Source: Owenia fusiformis
Lineage: Eukaryota
DNA length: 64,000 bases
NCBI GenBank assembly: GCA_903813345.2
Contig: CAIIXF020000001.1
Span: 39,370,001-39,434,000 of the forward strand
Reading direction: 5' to 3'
In this document: piece after piece, positions 12,701-27,700 of the stretch
Position numbering within the stretch: position 1 is the stretch's first letter
Layout: each line of letters opens with the position of its first letter
Translations under genes and position numbers: made by a program
Notes under the pieces: generated by a model
What the model saw: the letters and a program-made list of their open reading frames with translations, nothing else
Told to the model about the DNA's origin: nothing
Database searches by the model: none

Positions 12701-15700
12701 CAGGTTTCCATGATGGAAGTGGCATTATTTGTGTGTTCTATATTTGTAGACATATGTTTTGAAGGAGTTGTATGATTAATAGATTCTATAAACAACGAGC
12801 CTGGTGGCTACTATACCAGATGTCTTAGCTGCAACATATTCACTTTGTTCACATCTTTACTTCTATACTGCTCCACAGTCTTGGTCTTGTAACCCCCTCC
12901 ATACATACCACACCTTTACAACAGGGGGGTAATATAGACAGACAGGGGGTGAGTAGGGCCCATAGACTCAGTGCAAGACTAAATGAAGTTCCCAATACCC
13001 ATGATGATACATAAGAGCAAGGGGATACATACCCTCCAAACATACCTCACCTTTACAACAGGGGGGTAATATAGACAGACAGGGGGTGAGTAGGGCCCAT
13101 AGACTCAGTGCAAGACTAAATGAAGTTCCCAATACCCATGATGATACATAAGAGCAAGGGGATACATACCCTCCATACATACCTCACCTTAACAACAGGG
13201 GGGTAATATAGACAGACAGGGGGTGAGTAGGGCCCATAGACTCAGTGCAAGACTAAATGAAGTTCCCAATACCCATGATGATACATAAGAGCAAGGGGAT
13301 ACATACCCTCCATACATACCTCACCTTTACAACAGGGGGGTAATATAGACAGACAGGGGGTGAGTAGGGCCCATAGACTCAGTGCAAGACTAAATGAAGT
13401 TCCCAATACCCATGATGATACATAAGAGCAAGGGGATACATACCCTCCATACATACCTCACCTTTACAACAGGGGGGTAATATAGACAGACAGGGGGTGA
13501 GTAGGGCCCATAGACTCAGTGCAAGACTAAATGAAGTTCCCAATACCCATGATGATACATAAGAGCAAGGGGATACATACCCTCCATACATACCTCACCT
13601 TAACAACAGGGGGGTAATATAGACAGACAGGGGGTGAGTAGGGCTCAGAGACTCAGTACAACACTAAATGAGGTTCCCAATACCCATGATGATACATCAG
13701 AGCAAGGGGAATATAGTTTTCTGCCATTCTCCTAATAAACTATAATTCATCCAAATTATACATGTCATATATTCTTGTATATCTGACTGTTCGTATCTTC
13801 CATTGATGGGGATTGCGACTCCATTCTCCATTACTATATGCAAGGTGAGTTCAGGTTGTTGTAAGCTTCAGGCCTCCTTGCTGTTGCTGATATCTATACA
13901 ACAAAAATGAACACTTGTTTCATTAGTAATTGATATCCATTTTTGCTTTGATTTTCTTTACTTATATCGCCTTATGTATAGAATAAAGTAAGAAATTAGA
14001 GCACAGTCAGCAAAACCCCAAAACACAAATATTAACTTCTTAACTTTGTGTTTGAAGGCATCAACATCTTTTGTTGTTTTATTTAAACCTTTTAAGGAAC
14101 ACACATGATCTCTTTCAAAATGAAGTGTTTCTGTTAACACTCCCCTAATCAAAATTCTGTATTAAGTCTCCTGACTTATGGTGTTCAAACATTATTGTGT
14201 GAAATAGATACCTGGTGTAGGGTAAGAGAGCAACGAGAATCAACACCAAATACAACACATACAAATACAACACCAAATACAACAAATACAAATACAACAC
14301 CAAATACAACACCAAATACAACAAATACAAATACAACACTAAATACAACAAATACAAATACAACACCAAATACAACAAATACAAATTGATACACCAAATA
14401 CAACAAATACAAATACAACACCAAATACAACAAATACAAATACAACACCAAATACAACAAATACAAATACAACACCAAATACAACAAATACAAATACAAA
14501 ACCAAATACAACAAATACAAATACAACACCAAATACACCAAATTGAGTCCCCAATAAAAGACTAGTGGAATTAAGACCTGGTAATAAATCTGGAATAATA
14601 TACTATCATTTTACGGAAACAAATCGAATTTTTTTCATTGGCATATCAAATACGCAGGAATGTAATTTGGTTGAAACATAAAGCGTATTTGTGACCTGCG
14701 TTTGTCAGTCTATTTCATTAGACAATCACTAATGCAATTAGCTTCGTCAATGTTGGTTAATGTAAATCTTCAGTGACAGACATTTTGTGAATTTATGTCC
14801 ATATTGTGATAGTCATGAGAGTAATAGTAACTAGAAAACACTAGGTGAATAGAATGAATATAATGGGATAAGCTATAGGATTATAAGGAAAATTTTCAAT
14901 CAATCCAATTCTCTTCTATTCCAGTCTAACTTTTTATCAGATTTATGTCTCAGCATGAATAGAATCAAATTGTGTTTTACTATAGATTGCCTGGAGAAAT
15001 TCGAGAATTTTCAAAACAGCATCGTATCCTGTTTCTTGATTTCGTGATTTCTAAGGACCCCCTCAATGAATCCAAGGCCCTGTCCTCTTTCTCACGTAGT
15101 AAACGGACGCAGGATGCATTCATGAGGAATCGCACTGTAAATAAATTTTACCTTGACTCTTCTATGATATTTTAAATCTACTTGTCATTTATCTTTTTGT
15201 TCTTGGTTGATTTTACAGTACCAGTATATAACTTTACATTTAATAGTATCTCTAAATTCTCGTAAATGTTTCTAATTTTTAACAATATTGTATAAGGAAT
15301 TTTAGCAAAGCAGTGTCTCTTTGAACTAAGAATTTCTCAAGGATGCTGTTTTCTATTTTAAACTTAAGATTAGTAGGCTTCCTGTGTTTTCATTTAGACA
15401 GAATATAAAAATGACATTATGAAACCATAAAAGAAAACTAATTACATGATTGGAATTACTTTCAAATTAACCTTTAATATCCTTGGGAATGGAGATTGGT
15501 AAGGATATAGTCGAGCCTCCCATCTATCCATCAGTCTGTTTTTCCTGTCTATAATAAGTCTTTTTTCAAAATTGTATCGATTTCTTCCAAACATCTTTGC
15601 ATTTATTCATATATAATGAAAAGTAATATACTTCTGCAGTTCAGAGTAGATCACAAGTAATATAATATAGGGTCTTCTACCCTTTGCATTCGTTCGACTT

Positions 15701-18700
15701 CGCTTCTCAAAAGAGAGCTTCGTCTTCACTCTTTCAGTTTGCAATAAATCTCTGAGCTCACTGGTAGGTTTGAAATGATTAAATGAGCCGGGCTGTCACA
15801 GGCATTGATCTATAGTCTATACTAGGCAGAGGGTAGTTTATAACTAGACTCTGCACACAGGGTAAGGGTCTTTTGGATGTAGAATGGGAAATCAGATTTT
15901 TTAAATTCATTCACTGCACTTGATATCTCTTTAAAGTATTTATTAGATTCAAATGAAAAGTTTTTAGGGTGGATTATACATATGATGTCATATACACTTT
16001 TGCTTTTCATTTCTGGCTTAAAATATTTAAGATGAATGATTAGTGATCCTTTTGGAAGAAGCCTATAATATTTTGAAAGCATATTTTGCATTCACTACTC
16101 CTTGGTGTTGCCATGTATCTTAAAAAGCTATTTTAATGCGTTAATCTCATGATTAAAGAGTACGGTTTACACTTAATCTGCTATCGAATGAATGCCAGAA
16201 TGTTCCATGTTAATCGAAATTCAATGTAAGGTACTATTAGTCTATAAAGAAAGTCGGAACACATTATAGAAGAAATATATTGTATCCAATATCGAGACTC
16301 GAGGCTTGACCTGCTTTATCGCAATGAAAGCTAGTGAATAAAAATGGACATTTGTTTTTCCGTCTAATAGTTCCCGCTTTTCATCGTAAATGAAATACTA
16401 GAAAGCTGCTTCCTGTCATGGCAAATCTAAAGGTTGAATATTTTATTCTTTTACTTCATTAACTTTGCAGTAATAGACTCTTATAATATATGGCTTCACA
16501 ATTCCCGACTAGATTTAATTAGCAAAATTAATGAAATTTCCGAGATAAAAACTGAACATCTAACCATAAATATATATTATTTATTTATTACTATGATTAA
16601 GTTAATCTAATAATCTCTTTATGCTTCCTTGTGTAGAATATGAAAATGTCAATAACCATAGCTTCGAATCTTAGCGATCAGTTTTCTTTCGCAGAATTGA
16701 AAAAATCTACTCAAACTCTGTAATGATTGATGATCAAGATAAGTCTGTTATAATACCTTAATTACAAAAAATTGCCATTGAATGTTGATTTTCTACACCC
16801 ACTAGGAGTCTCCATAAATTGTCAAAAGAATTACGGGATTCATTTGAAATAACTAACTATAGTTATAAAGCCATTACTTACAAGTCAAGTTTGACTTTTT
16901 TACTGAATTAAACGCAAGCATTTCTCACGTTTTGTACATGTTCAAAATATTTTTCAACTTCAATGAACTAACATGAACAGTGTTAAATATCTAAAATTGT
17001 TCTTTTAACAGACATAACAATTTTGGTAAAATTGCTATAAACTCAAAAAGTAATTTCTACAATATTTTCAACACAAGAAAATTCAGACTGTGTTTCAGGG
17101 TAAAAACTAACTAATATCCATTGAAATATTTTTAATGTCAGTGAATGAAGTACTTGACTCCCATAAGGAATTGCTGTTATTTGTCACTGATTAATTATTC
17201 ATGACCATTATGCCCATCAGTCAAAATACTGCCTAATCAATTTACAGGACATTCTGAGATAAATTTAATGGTAAATGATTCAAGTTTGTTAAATTGAGTC
17301 ATTAAAGGAAACAATGGCATTTCTCAATTTGGGAAACTCACTTCTAATGTCACTCTAAAAATGTTATGATAACATTTAAAAATCAAAAATTTAAAAAGTG
17401 GAGAAAAAATGGAGAAACGTGACTTGTTATCTCCCTAGTACTTTCTATTTCGGTTCAGTAAACAAATATAATTAATCATATTTTATATGGAAGTGGGCAT
17501 ATTGTGTATTCTTTCTGCTATATAGATAGAAACAATGCTAGAAATATAATGAACTGGATAACATCCACGTTGAAATATTAATGGTTGACTAACTCATGCC
17601 TATGGGTTAGAGAGACCCTACAGCATATAAATGAGCCAGCTAAGCTTGCTTATTATTTGAGATTTTTGGTCCATCTGATTACTTGATCTTTTCAGGGTTG
17701 AATCATCCTATCTCTTTATGTCTAAATCATTAGTAAAACAAAGCAATTATACTATCTTGGAGGATATTTGGATGAGTGAAAGTTCATAGATATGATATGG
17801 AAGCAATCAAAAACAGATTAATCCCAGGATGGTCTGGATTAACTGAAGCTATGGTCAGTATAGATATCAATATCAATGATATTAATTTTAATCCTTAGAG
17901 AGTTTAATCTGACCTGGCTATAGAACCTCTTTAATCAAATATTGATCATAATTCGTATTAATCGTCATAAAATATCCTAGGCATAAAGAAACAAAAATGT
18001 TTAAAAGATGACACCTATAACAGCTACCCCTTTCTTCAAGAGTTTGATTTCACATGTTTCAACTTCATACACAGTAATAATTATTACTAGGCTCGGTGAC
18101 TCAGGTTGCAGAGCACCAATGTCTTCCATGTTCTAGGTTCATCCGAATATTATGAGAAATGCTCTACCCCAAGGAAGAAATGTATATACAACTGTAAATC
18201 GACATGTTCTTTCTGTATGGTTAAAAATGCTGTTTTTCTGTGTAAAATTCTCCCAAAATATTTTCCCTGATTTGGATTAAGATAGTTAGTGCAAATTACT
18301 ATGGTGTGTTGGGAATACCTTGATACAGCATGTTGTTGAGGGATGTAGTGACTTAAGAAAGCAAACTTTGGATTTGTTTCAAGGCTTTGCTGAAAATAGC
18401 TGTTGATGAATTCCTAGTGATCATTGAGTTGTTTTTGTATGAAACACTTTTATTTACTGCGAATATAGTAAAACCCACTATATTTGAGCATATTGGAGCA
18501 GTATTCATTCTAGAGGTGTTTTCTGTATACAAAATTACTGACTTAAGATTTTGTATAAGATTACTGACTTCAGATATTGTATAAAATTACTGACTTCAGA
18601 TTTTGTATAAAATTTATGACTTCAGATATTGATGCTAAAATAACACAATAGACATACTGCTGTACTAGTGATATTAGAACCAAATACGATATATAGCATC

Positions 18701-21700
18701 CAAATTACAAAAAATATCTCATGTTCACATCAGATTATTTTTGAGTTTTATATGACTGGCTAGATTTTGCCATACCATGTTGTGTTGGGAAATGACTTAA
18801 GATACCAGATCTCACTTCCTATCAATTTCAAATATTTCATGAAAATGATGATTTGTTCATATGTGGATTGTAAGTTATCAGTTAATTAAGTGTCCCCCTG
18901 TGGCTTGTTGAAGGATTGGTGCAGACTAATTAGATGAGCCTGACACCAGTGGCTTTAATTAAGTTTCCTTGTCTTATGAAGTACAACTTAGACACTTTGA
19001 TAGGTCTAAATTAAATCCATGTCTTTGGAATAAACTTCTCTTTAATTTTGCAAAGTAGAATATTCATAGTGATATATTTCTTTGGAATAAAGGGGTATTC
19101 ATAGTTGAAGTTGATGGATTTGAGATACATACTTTTGACTATAGATTATCCTTTGGAAAACATTTTTATCGCACTTTGAAAAAGTGCTATATTGTCGTCG
19201 TCTTGTGCTGTTGGGCGGGCGGGCGGGCGGGCGGGCGGGCGTGCGGGCGGGCGGGACATAAAATCTTGTCATCAAATTTCCAGGATAACTGCTTAACTGT
19301 TCAACTTGAAATTTTTACAGATGCAAGAGCAGACTAGTACCAAGATCTGATTAGGTTAAGGGCATGCTAGGTAAACTACGTGGCGGCCATTTTGAATTTT
19401 TCAACAAATCTTGTCATCAAAATTCAAGGAAAACCACTTATCCGTTCAACTTGAAATTTTTACAGATGCAAGAGCAGACTATTGCCAACATCTGATTAGG
19501 TTTTGGGTATGCTTGCTGAATTACATGGTGGCCATTTTGAATTTTTCAATTTGGCGGCCATTTTGAATTTTTCAACTTACTCCAAATTGACCCAATTTTT
19601 TTTTAAAAACATCTACAAGTTTTCAGAAGTTCAAATCTGACCTTAGATTTTAGATTTGACATTTCATTCACCTTAAGTGACCTTGAAAAGGTCAAAAAAG
19701 TTGATTTTCTAAATTGATATTTTGGATTTAAATTTAGGTCAGCTTAATTACAAAACACCTACTGAGGTCTGAAAAAGTTAAATTTTCAAGGTCAAAGGTC
19801 AAGGTCATTAAACTAGGTCACAAATGATGTTATCCAAGTTTCTCAAAGTTTGAGACTACAAATCAATTCTTGACATCAAAATTCCAAGAAAACCGCTAAC
19901 CTGTTCAACTTGAAATTTTTACACATGCAATAGCAGACTAGTGCCAAGATCTGATTAGGTTTTGGGCATGCTGGGTAAACTACGTGGCGGCCATTTTGAA
20001 TTTTTCAACAAATCTTGTCATCAAAATTCCAGGAAAACCACTTATCCGTTCAACTTGAAATTTTTACAGATGCAAGAGCAGACTATTGCCAAGATCTGAT
20101 TAGGTTTTGGGTATGCTGGCTGAATTACACTGTGGCCATTTTGAATTTTTCAATTTGGCGGCCATTTTGAATTTTTCAACTTGCTCCAAATTGACCAATT
20201 TTTTTTAAAAAAACATCTTCAAGTTCTCAGAAGTTCAAATCTGACCTTAGATTTCAGATTTGACCTTTCGTTGACCTTCAGTGACCTTGAAAAGGTCAAA
20301 AAGTTGATTTTCTAAATTGATATTTTGGATTTAAATTTAGGTCAGCTTAATTACAAAACACCTACTGTGGTCTGAAAAAGTGAAATTTTCAAGGTCGAAG
20401 GTCATCAAATTAGTTCACAAACAATGTTATCTAGATTTTCCCAAAGTTCAAGACTACAAACAAATTCTTGTCATCAAAATTGCAGGAAAACCGCTAACCT
20501 TGTCAACTTGAAATGTTTACAGATGCAAGAGCAGACTAGTGCCAAGGTCTGATTAGGTTTTGGCCATGCTGGGTAAATTGCATGGTGGCCAGTTTGCTCT
20601 TCAAAGTGCGATATTTATCACTGTGTGTCTTGTTCTCTGTATCTCCAAAAGAGAGCATCATACTAGAATTTATTACTGTCTTCTGGGTTTATGAGTAAAA
20701 GTAGATGCATATTCTATTTGTGTGCTGCATCTAATAATGGAGATAATAAAAACAACATTTGTATGACATTCAAGAGGAAAGATTCTTAGAGGGAATGATG
20801 ATGACAGTATTGTCATCAGTGCAGAGTGAGACATTATGTGGAAATAAAAGGAGTTTTATGAGAAGTCATTTGAAGCTCTAATTACTAACAGAGCAACAAA
20901 ACTACTGATAGAAACATGATAAAAGAGTGAAACAAAGACAAAGTCACCCTATCATTTTATTTTATTAAGCTGCCATTGTGTGAATGTATTGAGCTGAATG
21001 GCTTTCATTGTAAGTTCCCTGTTATCATAGATTCAAGTCAAGTTGAAGGATATCTATTTTAATTTCCATTTTAATTTTCTTACTGGCAGCAATAGTATTC
21101 TTATTGCCAGCAATGGTACTCCCATTGGCAGCAATGGTATTCCCATTGGCATCACTGGTATTCCTATTGACTCCAATGGTATTCCTATTGACATCAATGG
21201 TATTCCTATTGACACCAATGGTATTCCCATTGGCAGCAATGGTAGTCCTATTAGACAGCAATGATATTCTTATTGACAGCAATGGTATTCCCATTGGCAT
21301 CAATGGTATTTTTATTGACAGTATTGGTATTCCTATTGGCAGCAATGGTATTCCTATTGATAGCAATGATATTCCCATTGGCAGCAATGGTAGTCCTATT
21401 AGGCAGCAATGATATTCTTATTGGCACTAATTGTATTATGCTGATTTTATTAGAAGCACTGTGAGCTGCCCTAAAAGGCTCTCCTCATTGAAACTTCAAT
21501 GTACCTTGTTCTATGTTCATCATGGCAGTATATCAGTCTGAGGCTTTGTGAGCTTAGTAAGATAATCTGTATGCAGGGTAGTGTTCTTTACTATGATTCC
21601 CCTCAGGTTATATTGGCTCCTTCATCATCTATAGTTCTTAGAGTCAGTGCTTTAGACTGCAATATATTTCATTGACTCTGTAGAATAACAATCATTTCTG

Positions 21701-24700
21701 TTATGTGTTACCCTTTGCATTCGTTTGACTTCACTTCTTAAAAGAGAGCTTCGTCTTCACTCTTTCAAACTAAAATAAACCTGTGAACTCACCGCGCCAA
21801 TCAGTGTTCGTCGGCCAAATTTGACCGACGTTCTATATATGGTCAGTCCTTCTGACGTCGTCGTTGAGCCCGGAATTGACCAATGACACGCGCATATTTA
21901 ATTAGAACGCATTTGGCGTATGTTTCTTCAAGCTCGCTGATTGGTGGAAGAAAGGTCAGCGCGTAGGTCAAAAGTGATTTATTACCCAAACTGTCACCGG
22001 TACCCGTCGTGGGGGTGGGGCTACTAAACTGTAATAAAGTCTCTACTTGGCAGAGTGTAGTTTAACTAGACTCTGCACGCAGGGTAGTTATGTGTCTAAA
22101 CTAGTAAATAAATTCTCTGAATATCTTAACATAGGTCAATCAATATATGGTTCAGAATTACTAATGCAAAAAATAATTTTACATATCAAATCACTGGTTG
22201 ATCTAAGAATAGTTTGACTTTTTGTGAAAATAAAAACATTTCCCCAAAATTAGGCCAAAATTCTGACTGGGGGGCTCAATGTAGGACATTCCATATATAT
22301 ATTTTTTTTTTTCAGTATGATATTAATATACTACTGAGGTTATAGTTTTCTTAAATCCCCAAAACAATTATATTTTTCAACCATGCTTATATTTGTGATA
22401 AATTGTACAGCATTGCTATAGATACCATTTAGGTCATCTGAGTCAGTATAACACTGTAATATCTACTTGCATTGTCCATGTCATGATTATGGAAAAATTG
22501 ATACCAGAATATGAGTATTGTATGTTGACTTTCCTGTGTATAAAATGTCTCTCAGGCTTGTTATTGTTATGGAATGGTAGAAAAATACATTGAAATAACA
22601 AGTAATGATATTATATCACATGGGTTATATGCATAGTTTATACGTAAGGTGCCAAGAGAGCATCTTTAAAAGTCTTAAACATATGTTCTGATGAATAAAA
22701 GTTTGAATTTGAGCAGAGGGTGGTACAGCACACTTCTATGTAAGGCAATTAGCTATAAAAACTGACCAGAATTCCAATCAAGAATTGTTATTACATGGAG
22801 AGCTTTTATAAATTGATGTTGATTTTAGTAGCATTGATAAAGGATTGCCATTAATCTATTCAGAATCTAGATTATTGCATTGATGAAATACATTACTGCC
22901 TTTGTCCATATAGTGATTCTAGCTTGATGGCCAGTTTTGCGCTAATTATGAGAGATTTAGATTAATGTCCAGTTACTATCAGGAAATATGTTGGCGTGAT
23001 TAAAGTCCATGCCAAGAATTTCTAAGTCAAAGTATCCTTTACTCACTTGGCAGTTTAGTTCAGTTATCTAGAAAAGCTTTCGGAATTTCTGAGATTTTAG
23101 GATATAGAGAAGTGAGAGAGTTATATTTACATAAAAATTGACAAAATAAAAATAGATTAGATCAGATCTGGAAAACAGGGAAAATCATTATTTCATCAAA
23201 GAATTGATTTGATATTAGTTATAAAGGTTGATCTAAACATATAGGAACATAGGAATCATATCAATGGAAAAGAAAATTAAGACACAAGGAGAATGTTTAG
23301 AATGAGGTTAATTCGTAACTGAGAGGTATATAGATAGGGCCCCTTTCAGCACTTATCTTCCCCCATCTCAAGCAGAGAGTGAGGTAGGGAGTAATTTAGC
23401 TCACTATGATTTACACCTCAGCATAGCACACAGCGCAAGTTTATTCTGAGAGTTAGCTCTGTTGAGGAACTATAGAGTAGACATACTAGGAACAGGCTTG
23501 AGGTAAAATTGTCTCTCACAGATGGACAATTCACTTCTTAGGATTACAACATCTATCATCTTCTGTGGTGTTAAAATCAGTACGTTTACAATTGACTGAT
23601 TTCTATTAACTGACAATAGTATTTCACAGTTTCTCTAGGACTATTGAATATTGATTAGGCAGGAGTGAGGATTACATGGATCGGGGTATAGGATTATAGT
23701 AGGAGGAAGATAGAGTTGTGGTATCATTGTTGGATTAGGTTACATGTAGCCACTGGCACACACTGACCAGCTCTCTTACATTATATACACACTGAACAAC
23801 ATGGTGACATTACATAGAGCTGCTGGATTTTATTTTATTTTTTCTTTGCTTATTTTCTCTGTCGTTTATTGTTCAGTCCCGACAGCTGCCCCACAGAACA
23901 TACAGGGTGAAACTCTTAGTGCAAGGAGTATCAGAATAACATGGGAGCCTCCCCCTAGGGACAAACAGAATGGCGATATTACAGGATATAAAGTTCTTTA
24001 TACTACCGTGGCTAGTAATCAGGGCACGGCTGATGCGGAATATGTAGAAACTTCCCCTGGGAGACTAAATCAGGATATTACTGGTTTGAACAAATGGACT
24101 GAGTACAAAGTATGGATGCTTGCCCGTACCAGTGTAGGGGAAGGCCCAGTGTCAAAGCCTATTACTGTTTGGACCGACGAATCAGGTAGGGTTGATTGTG
24201 AGAAGGCTTAGGCTAACACTCTAACACAAGCAAGCTGGGATGGAGTTAATACTAATACAGTATGATAGTTAAAGATTTAAATTCATTAATATTAGTTTAG
24301 ATAGTCTGAAGTTGTGTGTGTGGCAGTAATAGCGGGAACAGACTGTCCTGTCACTCACTCGACATCCCTAGCATCAGTTTTTCTGGCCCTAACCTAGCAG
24401 GTTTACCTGCCATAGATGCCTGCTCTTGATTTTCATGCACTATTGAACATTTGAGTGCAACAAACATGTGTCTATGGTAGGTAATATGTTGGAATTGAAC
24501 TATATTTGCTTTATTTTTTCTTGGCCTCTGGGTCAAGTAGCAGAGGCACTCCACTAGTCAAAATATGATTTATGGAAAAAATATCCTTCTCAATATTGAT
24601 CCATTTTGCCGATGGTTCATTGTGCCCCTGCATACTTGATCTAAGTTACAGTATTTTAGTGGAATGCTTCTTAATCAAAGCAAATGTATCAGTTACATGA

Positions 24701-27700
24701 TTACAAACACAATAGATATCAAAGCAAATAATGAGTGTCTAATCTATGTAACTGAAAACTTGTTAAATCAACTGATTGTTGAATGAGCACGTATTGAGGC
24801 AGTCTCACATGTAGTGATTAACATGAGTCCAGACTGACTCATTACATCCATTCATCAACAAGTTAATCTTTGCATCCTATTGAATATATTGCATCCTCGC
24901 TTTGTTTTATTTTACATAGCTATGATTTATGCATGTTTTGATTATTTCGATTTCTATTTTGATAATTCCAAATTGGAATTGATTAAATTGGAATCATATT
25001 AAATGCAGTTAGTTCTAGGTTATCAATTTAAAGAAAGTTTTTGTTGAATGTTATCTCCTTTTCAGAGATTTGGTTTTTAATCAACAATTCCATTGATTGA
25101 ATCATCAAGTGTTAGTAATGAGATTTATCATAAGAGCGTAATAATGGGACAAAATTGCTAATCTAAGCAGGTACCTAGTGATTAACTTGATTCTTGTTAT
25201 GAAAGAAGAAATGAAATTGAAGCCTGCTGATTAAAAGTGCACCCTATGACTGTTAATACTGTATGTACTCATGGTCACAGAATGACTGATGCAGACACCA
25301 TTAAGAGATATGAAAGTACCTCTGATCTAAAATAAATCCTGCAATGAGCATAAAACAATCAATTTTCATAAAAAAGATGTTACAAAAAACTTCCTAATTT
25401 ATTTTTTATTTTTTTGTGTTCCAAAATCGTTCCTAATTTCAGAATACTGAAAATTAATTTTATTTACCAGAATTTGATCTTGGATCTCTGGTAACATATA
25501 TTATGTTGCAGTGACAGGTCTAAAACACAGACTTACATTCCTAAGTCATGTTCAATATAATCTGCCACATTAAAAACCTATTCCAGACCTGGGCCCTCCA
25601 TTGTTTACCATTGACCCAAAGTTAATAGCAATTTGCTGTTATCTTTATTCATTGCTTGCTGGGGTATTAGGTTTGTTATTTTGGCCTTGTGTTTCATCTC
25701 CTTTGAATAAGCCACCATGTTCTATCATGTTATGACATGGTTTTCATTAATGAACTGTAGATTACTATTATATTATGACATGGTTTTAATTAAGGCGTGT
25801 CATTCACCATTTTGTTATGATCCAGTTATAAGAAGTAATCTTTTATGCTTCCCTTGAAATGAAAATCAAAAAGCTTTTTTTATTGAGATTGAAAATTAAT
25901 ACATTTGGTAGTGTTTTGAATTATCTGACATGACACCGAAAATCGAATATTTGTGATCTATTATGTAATTCCTTATTTTTGCAACTATGACTTAAGATAA
26001 TCTTTAATATAAAGATGCTAATTACTGTTTTGAAAATATTGAGTCTGATAGTCGGACCCCATATCTCACTATAATCTGCCAGCCACCCATGAACATTCCA
26101 TTGAATACAAATAAAGCACAGCACGCCATTGATTCCTTAAGATCTTCATTTACATGGTTTTGGGAGGTATTAGAGGAGCAATTTGAGGATACTAAACTCG
26201 ACTGCTAACTCTAATCTCATCTCATTTATATGAGTTCAAACAGTAAGCCCAAAGTGGTTGGAGTAAAGCTTACATCTCAGCCATGTTTTATGTCAGACCA
26301 AGCCAGAAATATTAGCCCTGTGTAATATGTTTGTGTAGAATCATCAATGTGGAGTTAGAAATAATGCCCTCATTCTTCTACTTTACTGATCCCCAGATTT
26401 TTTAAGTAAAGCAAATTCTACACATTGATTCATGGGACCGTTGTCTTTTGAGTGGTTTTGAGTGAAAACTAAAGAGGGAGATTTAGATATTCCTTAGTCT
26501 GGGGTTCTGCATCAAGGTTTTTGGGTCATTATATTTCTAGAAGTGTATAGCTTCTTTGAAAGTTTCAAAAACACAATTGAAGGAAAATATAGGATTTGTC
26601 AAAATTCCGACCAACTGCTAGCACCAAGCTGCTTATGTGTTATCCCCTAATATTTCCTCTTTCATGCCAAAAGCCACAATTTCCTTACAGTGCTTTGATT
26701 CTAAAATTACCATCTCCATGGTTTTGAATGAAGAAAAAATAAAATGGTCATCCTCGGAAATGAGAAGAAAGTGTAATTCACCTACGCCTACCTAAATTAT
26801 GTCGCTCCGATTAAATCATAGATTGCTCCAATAAGGCAATGTCGAATGTTCAATTACAAAATAAACATTGCGTTAATAGGCAAAGTAAGCTATGAATTTT
26901 CTCATTGGCATGAAGCTTTAAGAAATATCATGTTAGAAAACCTTTATTAACTTCCATTCTCATTCTTTATTCTAAGCATGCAAAGGAGGGTCAGTGGTAG
27001 GTCTATGAGGACCTTGATAGCTTACAATGGTGCCAGCTTGGGCTTCGCTATTACCCTGTTTTCAATGAACCAAATTACCCTTTAAAATGCCTGTAATCTC
27101 TATTGCATTTCATCTCATAGGGAGGGGGGGGGGTGGTTCTCTAATTGTTAATTTGGGATGATATTCCTCTAATGTCTACTCTATTTCCAACTTCACACAT
27201 TACCTTTCTTGAGCTTTTATTTATGGCCAGTACAATTAAAAGATGATTGGTATGCAACAATCACTGAAAGGGAGATAAGTTATGTCTCCTCTGTGATTTA
27301 GGGGAGACCTATGTTGTATCCTTCACTGTTCAAGATGATGTGTAAATCACTGAAACCTCTCAGCAACTTGAGCCACCTGGAATAATTCTTGTACTTCTTG
27401 TAGGGCACCTGGGAAATATCTGCAATGGGGCACCTGGGAATTTTGGGCTGGTGGAGAATAAGAAGTGAATCTGCTTGATTTTCAAATACTTTATTTTTTC
27501 AAAATTCTCAAATGTCTAAAATAAAATCTGCAGTGATTTTTCAATTTGATCATTTTACAAATGTGGAAATGAAACTTTTAATGGTTTCACATGTGGATTT
27601 CTTTATAAATTAACTTTGTATCCGACAAGTATTATTTAAATAATGGGTAATAGGAAGTTATCATTAATCGAGGGCTGGGGTAAAGTTAGAAGGGAATTCT

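Noticed and set aside
12849..13591. Repeated minus-strand ORFs ([11 protein letters not shown]...) and a CRISPR-like look
   Set aside because: Artefacts of a 137-bp tandem repeat; the unit is not a multiple of 3, there are no unique spacers and the context is a eukaryotic intron.
13720..13915. Minus-strand acceptor (tttttgttgtatag) suggesting a nested antisense gene
   Set aside because: All three frames stop within about 20 codons and no linked exon chain was found.
14145..14554. LYLLYLV / TNTTPN low-complexity ORFs
   Set aside because: Translations of a 27-bp simple repeat.
21025..21464. SNGIPIG-type repeat ORFs
   Set aside because: A 21-bp minisatellite open in several frames on both strands, with no splice support.
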